Below are positions 39,316 to 51,300 of a DNA stretch of 64,000 bases, piece after piece (position 1 is the first letter of the stretch; each line of letters opens with the position of its first letter). The DNA comes from Octopus bimaculoides (Eukaryota): assembly GCF_001194135.2 (NCBI RefSeq), contig NC_068981.1, positions 40,875,193 through 40,939,192 of the forward strand, read 5' to 3'. Under the pieces are notes generated by a model. It saw only the letters and a program-made list of their open reading frames with translations, did not search any database and was not told the origin of the DNA. The position numbers and the translations under genes were made by a program.

Positions 39316-42300
39316 TACACACTGTTCTTGCTTCATGGAGTTGGGGGTCATCTTAGGTTAGTGGTCTCAGACACGACATCATATGTAGAGCCAACCAGGT
39401 CCATCACTGTCAGTCCCATGCCAGTCCCTCTGCATCCTCCAAGGTGATGTCAAGCTTCTGAAGATTTTCCTTAATCTAGTCCAGCCATCTGATACAGGTC
39501 CTGCCATTAGGCCTCTTCCAACCCACAACTGTTGTATGAAATGTGAGTAAAACCCTGGTAGAATTATCTAGCAGGAGACAGAGGACATATCCAAACCAGC
39601 GCATGCAACAGATAGCTACGAGGTGGGAGGCTGTGAGCTGATGCATGCGCACACACAGTTCTTTGTTAGAAACATGATAGTACCATCTGATGTTCTCAAT
39701 GACATACATACACACACATATAGGAAAAATAATTGCACTTATAGGATTATTCAGTCATTCTAATTTTGTCATGACTAATTTGGAAGTTATAATATATTTG
39801 CCTTTCATTTCTCCTAGATCAGGCTTGGCCAACTCAAATTACATTGCAGGCCACTTTGATCGCAGAAAGTTTTTTGAGGGCCACTTGTATACTGAAAGAA
39901 TTAAAAGCATTTTGCTTTCTCACGCTATTATTACAATAATGAATGAATGTTGATTCAACATGAAATATTATCGTTACAAAAAATAGTATCTTTCTTTTTT
40001 TACTTTCCATTACAATCTTTAATTTTTGATAAAATTTTTTAAATGTTTGTTTAAATAAGCCCATTTTTAAGAAAGTATCAAGTGGGCTGCAAAATAAAAG
40101 TCTGTGGGCCACATGCGGCCCACAGGCCTCAGGTTGGTCAGCCTTGTCCTAGATTATTATCTTTTGTTAACTTCTTTATATTTTCATCTCATTGTATTAA
40201 GTGTGTTCTGCTTTAGAATATATAAAATTAGAATAGAAGTATTATGGTAATATGTTTTTCCTGATACCGACTATATATCTTATACAAACTTTGCTATACT
40301 TTAATTCATGATTTCTCCTAACTTCAGTGTAGTTTGAAAATTTTAAATGCTCATGAAAAAAATTCTTTTAAAATATTTGATTGTACAGTTCTGAGTGAGA
40401 ATTATTTTAAATTCAAGATTTTTATTTCATTTTCAGGCTGAAATAGCATATAAATTGGATATTGTAGAAAGCCTTGCATTTGGATCCTTAATTTCAGCTG
40501 TAGATCCTGTTGCAACACTTGCTATTTTTCATGCTTTAGATGTTGACCCAGTCCTGTATATGCTTGTGTTTGGTGAAAGTGTTCTTAATGATGCTGTGTC
40601 TATTGTGTTGACCACGTAAGTAATCTTTATTAATATGTATTACTATAAAAATTAAAAGAAACTATAATGGTTTACTAATTTTTGTTATTCAGTACTTGTG
40701 TCAGTTGTATTTAATCTCATATAAATCCAACGGCTGGTCAGCATTTTCTAGCTATAAAAATAAGACTAACCTTTATGGAGCAGTGTTATCTTTGTGAACA
40801 ATGTGTATTTCTGAAAAGTTATTTCAAAGCCCAAGATTTATTACAAGTTTAATGGGGTTTTTTTCTGTGTTGTTTATGAGTGTTAGATGCAGCGTTGATT
40901 GTTTGCTCTTTTGAGATATATTCTTCCTGTAAATTGGTGTTTATGCTTAAGGATAGAATTGAGATTACTAACATATGAAATATCTGTGCTTCAAAGAAAG
41001 TTGTAATGGATTTTTGTCTGTGAAATAAAAAAGTAAAGGTGACTATTTGTTAATGCAGAGAAGAATGAATGCAGTTAGGATAACTGAACCCAAGGGTACC
41101 TTAAGTTTAACATAATCGGATTCATCAGCATGCTGAAATAGTGCAATTTAGAATTATACCTGCGTCTGTCAGTGATGTTGCCATCGTCATCATCATCATA
41201 ATTTGTTTAACCTCTGGTCAGCCCTGAATGAATAAACTTCAAAGTATGTTCAAACCATGACTATCACTTCTATTTATTGGGCATTACAGATCTTGAACTA
41301 CATTATCTAACTCTTCATTTTCAAGATACTTAGGTGTAATTTAATGAAGATTTGGCTGTTATTTGAAGCTGGCCAAGCACCCTAAAAGAGGCTCCCTTGT
41401 TAACTTTTTTTTTTAGTAAAAGGTTTAAATAGTGGGTTGATAGACTTTCAGACCAGTTATGGTTGAAACCTTTACTAATGTTACATCATTTTCAACTGTT
41501 CCTTTCTAGAAGTAATAGAAATAAGAATGATTGGATATGCATTTATGTATTTTTATATCTCAAGTTAAGTGCCAACAGAAAAAGATTTGTTATGGCATAG
41601 GGTTAACTTTTATCATAAACATCATTTGGAAGTGTGGTACCTTGTTTCTATCTTTTACTTACAAGCCAACAAAGAGTGAATCTCTGCTAGGCTGCTTTTC
41701 TAGCAAGACATGTGTAGTTGTGTTTGAAGAATTAAAATGGAAGTAGTATGAAGTCAGTTTTGACTCCTTTAATGTACTTCCAACAAAAGTTAATAATTCA
41801 TTTAAACTTATATGGGAGAGGGATCATATCTTGCTTACAATAACTAAAATGTTTTCTCTTTTCAGAACTGTCTTAGAGTTTGCTTCACCTAATGCTGTGT
41901 TTACAAGTGGTGCAGCAACTTTTTTCTATGCCTTAAAAAGATTTTGCCTGATGTTTTTTGCTTCTGCTGCTATTGGTATTGTAATTGGACTTTTAAGTGC
42001 TATTGTATCCTTTCATATTGGAAATATTTTTGTAAAATATAATTTGGTAAAATTTCTCATCACAAACAAATATGCTTACAAGCAATTTTTCAAACATAAA
42101 ACATCTCGAGTGACAAGCAGTGTCTCAAGTAATAAACAGACAAACTGGAAACAATGGTTGGCATCAAACTGAGAGTATCCGCAGGTGAGTGTCAGTTGCT
42201 GTCTAGCTTTCACTCAGTGCACATCCCTGCTTGAATTTGCCATGCCTTCTCTTGAATTTCTTATTCTTTTACTTGTTGCAGTCATGTGACTGGAGCCATG

Positions 42301-45300
42301 CTGGAGTACCAACATAAAGGGTTTTAGTTGAAGAAATTGACCCCAGAACTTATTCTTTGTAAGCCTTGTACTTATTCTATCAATGTTTTTTGCCAAACTG
42401 CTAAGTTACACGGACATAAACACACCAACATCAGTTGTCAAGTGATGGTGGGGGACAAACACTGACACACAAATACATACATACACGACAGGCATTTTTT
42501 AATTTCTGTCTACCAAATCCACTCAAGGCTTTGGTCAGCCCGAGGCTATAGTTGAAGACACTTGCCCAAGGTTTCATACAATGGTACTGGGAAGCAGGTT
42601 TCTTATCACACAGCTACACGTGCCTATAGGGATAATAGTTTCAGTCTTTGAACATTTCAGGTGATGAATGGCCTTCAAGAACAATTAAATTTGTAAGCTA
42701 AGGTTCCACTATATATTATAATTAAAACTAGTATCTGCATATTCATTTTTTATTAATGCTATTCAACTGTGGACCATTACTGGATCACTGCTGTCAATGG
42801 TTTTAGTTGGTTATAATGACACCCCCTGCTCTACTTGTTTCAGTCTGTTATTTTATCTATATTTATTGAGTATATCAATTTATATTTATCAAATCACTAA
42901 ATTATAAGCTTTAACACAACAACAAGTGGTTTACATGGGCTTCAGTGGAGCTGGCTACTGGCTGAAAAGAGTGATACTATTGTAGTAGTAGTAAACAAAA
43001 TAAGGAAATTTCACATCTGAAAGCTAATGATTGCAGTATTTTGGTGATTAACTCATTGCCATTCAGTCAAGTGTCCTTCTTCTGGATGAAGTCTAGGGTG
43101 GGTGGGTGTATATGCAGCTGCACCACCATCCAATATGTATGAGTGATACTTCAATGTGAGACTTAATTGCACTTTATAGAGGAATTGAGTTACCTAAGAG
43201 GAAATAGTCTGATTTAAAAATTAGTGTCATAGCAAAGTTTATAAAAGAGTTTCATTGGATAGAATACAGTTTGGATTTCAGCAGTGTATGGAGTCTTAGA
43301 TTCTGTCTTTGTTTTAACAAAGAATAAATAAAAACACTATGCTCTGCATTCATCAAGCTAGAAAAGGCTTTTCACTGCTTATGCTCTTTAATTTGATTAA
43401 TGCTGTTAAAGATAGATCTAAAGGAACAGCTAATGATAACTCTTTGATTTGAGTTTTGTGTTTCTTTTCATAATCTCACTGGGACTCGGAATTGAATACT
43501 CTTGGTAACCTTGTTTTTAATGCAAAATGCAAAAAATGTTTTAAACTTCCAAGAATGGTTTCATGTCAAACTGTTGAAAACTCATTGAGTAATAAGACAC
43601 CGAATAGCAACAGATGCTACAGCCTGGTAGCATTTGGGAATTGTCTTTACTCATAGTGTAAGGAGAGAGTTAATCTATTCTCAAACTCCAGGAGTCTAAA
43701 GACTTATATTTAGCACTGATGTCAATAATGTTAAGCATATAAGAAAATACCTTTTAGCTGGACACTCAGTCCTGTTACATGTAAATATGCTGAAAGACCT
43801 GATGTCTGTTCCCAAAAGGCAGATGAAATGAGGTATGTACTCAGGGGTATAGCAAAAGGTTACAATGGATTTGAACTCACAAGCCATAAATTAGTCTGAG
43901 GAAAGAGCTTAATATTGGGTCTGTAGACTGAAGGGAATTAGAAATTTAGTTGCACTTGATTTCATTGTGATTTAGACTAACCAGAAAAATTATCTCTAAA
44001 TAAATCATTTATTTCCATTTTATGAAAATGGTAATTAGTATTATCTAAAAGAAGTGTTGTGACATTTCATGAATATCAACATTGATACAAGAAATGTAAT
44101 ATATATACTAGCTGTAAAGAAATTATTACTAATTTACTGATTGTTTAATGCAAATTTTGAGTTTTATCATCACCAGCACCTTTTCATAAATCCTGATTTA
44201 TTTACTGTCATTTATGCAAATATTAATCGAGATAATAAACAGTAGCATTAAATTATTGTATCATTGCTTTACATTAAATATAAAAAGAAACAGTGGTTGT
44301 ATTCTTGTAGTTTCCTTAATAAGCTTCAGTTACTGAAATCTATTGATTTGAGAAAAACTCCCTCCCTTGAATTTGGTATGATGCTTGTGTTCTCCTACTT
44401 GCCATATGGCCTTGCTGAAGGAATCCATTTATCAGGTATTTTACATTTATTTATTTATTTAGTGTTTGTAAAAGATAGAAAGTACTGTTGCATATATCGT
44501 TTCTTGTTACATATTTATTTGTAAGATTGTAGTTATGGTGGGTGTATGTTGTAAACTGAAAAAAGTAATTACATTAATTGGTGCAAAAATACAAAATATC
44601 ACTGTTGCTTCATTATAAATGGAAGTGATCATCATCATCATTTAATATCTATGTTCCATGGTAGCATGATCTGGACAGTTTGTCAAGGACTCAATGAGTC
44701 TAAGGACTACATCATGCTCCAGTGTCCGCTTTGGCAAGGTTTCTTTGACTGGATGCCCTTCTGATGTCAACCACTTTATAATGTGCTTTTGACACATGAA
44801 ATCTTTCGAGCGGGATCGTTGCCAGTGCCCCTGGACTGGCTCATGTGCAGGCGACACATGAAATCTTTTGAGCGAGATCGTTGCCAGTGCCCCTGAACTG
44901 GCTCTTGTGCGGGGCCGTCGTAGGATTTTCGAGCGAGATCGTTGCCGGTGCCCCTGGACTGGCTCTTGTGCGGGTGACACGAGGTTTTTCGAGCGAGATG
45001 AGTGTGGCCGTTGCCAGTACCACCTGACTGGCCTTCGTGCGGGTGACACATAAAAGCACCCACTACACTCTCTGAGTGGTTGGCGTTAGGAAGGGCATCC
45101 AGCTGTAGAAACTCTGCCAAATCAGATTGGAGCCTGGTGTGGCCATCTGGTTTCACCAGTCCTCAGTCAAATCGTCCAACCCATGCTAGCATGGAAAGCG
45201 GACATTAAACGACGACGACGACTAGCACTACTGAGGTTGCCATGCAGCTCACAAATCAACAAACCTATGGGATGGAGTGTTCCCTTCTATTAAATGGGTG

Positions 45301-48300
45301 ATTAAGATATGAGAGAAGTTATTGGAGTACAGCAGGTTCTTGTTGTAAAGAAGTTGCATGGTTTCTCACATTTAGGAAAGAGAGAGAGTGAGAAGGAATT
45401 GGTGGTGGTGGTAATGAGATGTTAGTAGTAAGGACACAAACTAGGAGTGTGCCTGGATGGGGATATGCAAGAATGTATGGATGTGGGAAACTTGTTACCA
45501 ATGATGCAATTACTCACTGACTGCAATATAAAATAAATAAAAGGTAAATGTTATCAAATAAGAATTAATTTTGTATCTGTATAAGAAGGTCATTATACCA
45601 ATAATAAACACACACACACACTGGTTGTTTCACTTCTTTATTATTTATCAATTGGTTAACCATTCAACCAATTAATTGATTGATTGATCGATTAGTCATA
45701 TCGTTCATCAGTAAGTTATGTTTGTCAAAACCTTTTCACCACCATTCACAGCTTCATCAGTGACATGCCCTAAGCTGAATTGAAGTAGAGTGCAAGTCAT
45801 AAATTGGGTTGGGGATGGTGATGAAAAGACTTTGACTAACATACCTGATTAATTGATTGATTAACCAAATGATTAATCACACAATCAATTATTTAACTGC
45901 TTAAATAGTTAACCAATTGGCAAATTATAAAACAGTTAAATAGAATCAGTGCATGTGTTTATTATTAGCCAAATAACTCCCCCAAGATCCAGCAAAATCT
46001 GTTTCAACACATGATTTCACATCAAGTACAAAAAGGAATTAATCAAATCAAATGCCAAAAAATGAAATGAATGAATTCGTTTTTCTTTTTAATTGCTTAT
46101 CAGCTATATTATTGATGAGAACTTTATTGAATTCTTCATTTCTTTTAAATTTGGAAATACTCTTTTGATATTGCAGGGATTATGGCTATTCTGTTTTGTG
46201 CTATTGTCATGTCTCACTATACACATTTAAACTTATCACCCGTGACACAGATAACAGTTCAGCAAACTTTTCGAACTGTTGCCTTCATTGCAGGTAATTT
46301 CCTTTTATGTTATTAACTTTATTTAATGCTTTTGATCTGATATCAGAAAATACATGAATACCATATAGGAAATCATGAATACTATATAGGAAGTTGCTTG
46401 AGTTTTTTTCTTTTCATATAATTATTTCCCTATCTCAAAAAATCTATATAGTGTTTGTTAGATGTAATGTCATATGTAACAAGAAAATCAAAATACTTAT
46501 AGTTTGTAATATAAATTTGAATGAATAATAACAATACAATTTGAATTGAACGTATAAAGTGTTGTTTGCTGGATTGATGTGAAAATAAAGGGTGAATATT
46601 ATTTGTTGACATTTGCTGCTAACAAAAACAGACATAATAGAGCAAAACCTGTAAAATTCAAACTTGTGTGCATATTATGAGTAAATTATATAATAGATTA
46701 CACATGTATCTAGTCCAATATTCCTTTCTTTGATTTAACTATACTTATTCTCATGATATAACACTTTGCACAAATAATTAATTTTATTTTACAGAAACTT
46801 GTGTGTTTGCATATCTGGGAATGGCTCTCTTCAGTTTCCACTTAAATGTGAAGCCTTCTTTTGTAATATGGAGCATTGTAAGTTATTTTAGCATATATTT
46901 CATTGTCCTGCTTGAAATCTTTTATGTTAATACATTTGGGCACAAATAGGCAGAATGAAGATATACCTAAACATGAAATGAAACTACTGCATGACCTGTA
47001 ACAGTTTCTTAAAACACCACCAATTGTTTTAAATTTCATGTAGTGTACCAATGGTAAGTCAGTGGTGGAGCCCATGCCATTCCTAGCTATTGATTATAGT
47101 CAGAAATCACAATTACAAAGGATATGGCTGGTACAACTGGGAATCAATCCAGTATCATGGTCTCAGCTAGCTCAAAGTTTAAAACATTCACACACATATA
47201 CTCCTACAGCATTTTTATTTCTTACATAATTTTATTTTATTTTATTACTATATTGACCTAAGAACTAATACTTTCCTAAAAGAAATCATTGTTATATAAG
47301 TAAGCCTTTTAATAATATACTCCAAATTTTACTGTTTTATTTATCATGGTTCTGTCTTATTAATCATCCGGTGTTCCATTTTAGATACTTGCAATTTTCA
47401 TTGTTGTGAGCTTCTTTTGCTTCATTGTACAATTACATTTTCAAGGAGATATCCAGTCCACTGCTACTCAATGGTAAATCTAAATTATTGCTTAATGATT
47501 GCCTTATGGTAGTTCATCACAAATGCATTTTATGTTTACTAATATTTGCATGTGGTCTCAGTTGTTTAGATCACAACTCACTGCTCCATGGTGTGTATGG
47601 AAGTCAAGTATCAATGAGATTCAAATGTAACCATTCAGCATGCACTGTAGATAGTGAAAGACTCTATATACCTTGAGTACCCTATAAATTTAGGTGGTAA
47701 GATGGGGGTTTTTGAATTCATATGTTCATATAATCATCATTTTCATAGTGTATATAACTGTCTGGCTACATCTTACTTAGCCAGTATAAACATCCCAGTC
47801 TCAAATAAAAATTCACTTCTGAATATCTCTTTTCATTTATCAATTCTTACTTATTTATTGCCTTTTATATTTAACTTAATCATTACTAATCTAATTTGTA
47901 TGAATATTTTTAAATGTTTAAGAAGCTTCTTTATATTTTATTATAGGGTCTATGTCTTGGTGGAAGGGCTTTCAATATATTTCCTCTGAGCTTTTTGGTT
48001 AATTTTTTTAGAGAACACAAAATAACAAAAAGTATGCAATTTATTATGTGGTTTAGTGGTGAGTGTTAACATTACATTTTCATTTGTATTCCATAATTTT
48101 GCTATTTCCCAAAATCTTGAATTGAAATTAATACAGATTTTTATCATCATCTCTTTCTTCAAACTACTACGCTGTCTAATTTACTTTCTCAAATCATTTG
48201 TACTTAACTTTTCTTCTTAGTAAACACTGCACATCCAACAAATACTCAATCTATTTTCCCCTCATCACTAATAATCCTGTATATTTGAAACCCTTGTTTC

Positions 48301-51300
48301 ATTGCCAAGCATTTCTTGCATATGCTCCAAAATATTTGCCTTCTTGCTTAGAGAGAGAAATTCTTTGTTTCCAACAGAATGAAAAAAAGTGCCTTCATTT
48401 CTAACTCAAGCCATTTTCCATGAATAGTTCAACTGCCAATGATCCCACTACAACTTTTGTGTAGGACTTCTGGTGGGGGTCTGAGCTATCAGAGCTAACT
48501 TATCACCATGTTGTGTATCTTAGTGAGATGTTCAAATGTGGGCTTGCAAGTGACCTGCAACCTTCTAATATTGAAATGGTTTCTTTTAGGTTGGAACTTT
48601 ATAGTAATATTACCTTCTTTTATATCCTACTGCACAGCAATGTGGCCATGCACATGAGGAAACTGTTAAACATTACAGAAGTGGTAAAGACTGAACTCAA
48701 GGTATTGAGCCTCATAAAAGGGATAACAAAAGGCTATAATGGTTAGTGACATGCACTGCTGGAGAAGTTCACCCTTCTAAGCAAGCATGGTAAAAAGAAC
48801 ACTAAAATGATCATAGTAGTGACAGCTAGGAAGACCTTTCATTCTCATTCACCATACCATACTGCTTGTATTGTTTGGGATAGCAGTAGATTTCTTCCTA
48901 TTCAAATATCTTCCTCCCCCCTTCATCCCTCTTGCTATGCTTCTCTCTACCCCTCATCGTAGTACATGTGAAATGTTAGGTCTTTCCTCTTACACTTCTG
49001 ACAGCCATCACTCCTTCTCCCTAGAATGTTTGGCAGCAGTGCCATCCCCTGCAATGACTTCAGTATGAAGAAATACTTTTTTGAAAATTATATAACAACA
49101 GTTTCTATTCTGTTTATCTTTGTTTTGTTTTTTTTTCTTCTTTTTTTGTATAGGATTACGTGGTGCAATTGCATTTGCCTTATGTCTTCATTTAGAATTC
49201 TCCCCTGAGAAACGATATGTTCTTGTCACAGCTACATTATTTATGGTTTTGTTCACTATCTTATTCTTAGGAGGTGCAACCATGCCAATCATGAAGGTAA
49301 CAACATTGTTTTCTTTTTTGTTTAATAGCAGTAATTTGTTGGGTTTTTTTTCATATATCCTTTAACAAAATGTCCATTGGTTAACCACAAAGTAAAAAGA
49401 TAATCATCATCAATATCACTACTCACAATATTGACCTTCTTCATCAATTGCATAATAGTGTTATCTACAATTACATCTTGAAATTATCATTTATATTTCA
49501 TATATTCTTGATATGATTCCTTCATACTTTACTGAATTTTGCACTATGTAATGATTCTCTCACTACTAAATTGTCTCAGTTAATCATGGAAAAGGCGTAT
49601 TACTTTTCAAATTAGATGCTCAAACCTCTGTAAATTATAAACGTGACAATTTTAAGTTTCCAAGCTTAGTGTTTAATTTGAAATATCTTATTTCAACTTT
49701 CAGATTGCCTTCTGTATAATTTGTATATTTCAGTTTTTTCATAAAAGTTTTCCTTATGATCACAACTTAGCCTTAGAAATGTCACAGCAATAGCCAAAAG
49801 GTTATAACATACATGCATTACACACATACATACATACCACATCTGTCTGTCTGTGCATGCATGCATGCACACAGACAGACAGATGTTCATGTGTGTGTGC
49901 CAATGTATGAAACTTTCAGACCGTGAGTCACCCTGTAACTTCTGCCAATTTTTAATAAGAAAAAGATACATATTCAAGTTTTGAGTTCTATTTTCATATT
50001 TGCATGAAAATGTATATATGAAGTAAAGTTATTCGCTTTAATTAGGGCATGAAATATTTTCTTTTCACCAATAAATATTAAGTGCTTCTTCTATTCAGTC
50101 CAGAACAAACTTGTTTTAAGTATGTACCATATTAATCTTTTTTACTTTACATTTATTTACAATATTTAAACATTTTATCTTCAGTTATTAAAAGCAGATA
50201 AACGGAAAAAAACAAAATCTGAAATATCATTAAGTAAAACAAAAGAAATGGTAAGTTAATGCTTAAAATAAATTAAATAAAATTCTGTATGTGTTCTGTG
50301 GTTCAAAAATAATTATTGCAATTAAAGCTGTACTTTCTTCATTGATCTTATTTCAATTTTTTCTTCATTTTCTCACTGTTTACTTTTGTCAATTTTTTTT
50401 CCACTAAAAGTCATATATTTTTGCACTAATTATCTATTATTGTGCTGTTGTTACAATAACTACCTTTTAACTATATGTCTAGCTTGGTTTGTATCTTATG
50501 TCTATACCATAAAAACAAGAACATACTCTAACCACTACATTGCACTCTACACAGCATATTGTATAAGCTTGCTGTGTGGCTTAGAGACACTGATCTATAT
50601 CATGTCTATCATGATGTACTTGCAGGTTGCTCTCATCCAATTATTCTGACATAAGTTTACTCAAACCACATTTAAAGTAGAACAAATAATTATTTAGGTT
50701 ACTAATTAAAAATAAGAAAATTAAACAGATCACATTACTCTTTTGCCAGTACATAATATGCCTTTATCCAACAAGTTATGTTCTAGTTTGAACATACTAT
50801 TGACTGTTGATTTTTATACGAAATATGAAATTATGTTATACCATTTGACTGTGAAACCACATGACATTACCAGGCAGCAAAGCACTTCATTTCAAATTGC
50901 TCCAATCTACTCATCTGAAAATGAACAGCAGCACAGCACTAAAAGAGTCCTTTCTGTTCCTTCAGCTTTGTTATTTGCTTGGTCAAGTGGTTGTGTATTT
51001 CAAAGTACATGTATCCTTAAAGTAATTTTTTGACAGAATCAGATTGTTACAATGTGTGACAAAGCTGGACGTTCACAGGTACACTCTAAATAGCCCTCAT
51101 CTACTCAATTTTATTCACGAGGTTTGGATCAAATCAAACCTGTAGTTAATGACACTTGCTCAAGATACCATAGAGGAACTTCTTAAGCTTTTGGTCATAT
51201 TGTGTTCATTAGGAATTATATAGTTCTATAGATTAAGTGTTTACATGGTTTTAATTTGTTTTAACTGATAGTTTTATTTTACAGGGAGATACTGTGGATT

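Noticed and set aside
44791-45055. CRISPR-like regularly spaced repeats
   Set aside because: Eukaryotic context, no unique spacers (whole units repeat), and no cas genes.
47385-47460. AG acceptor with a hydrophobic open frame as a possible NHE8 exon 12
   Set aside because: No NHE similarity; the true exon at 47947-48058 fits by homology and phase.
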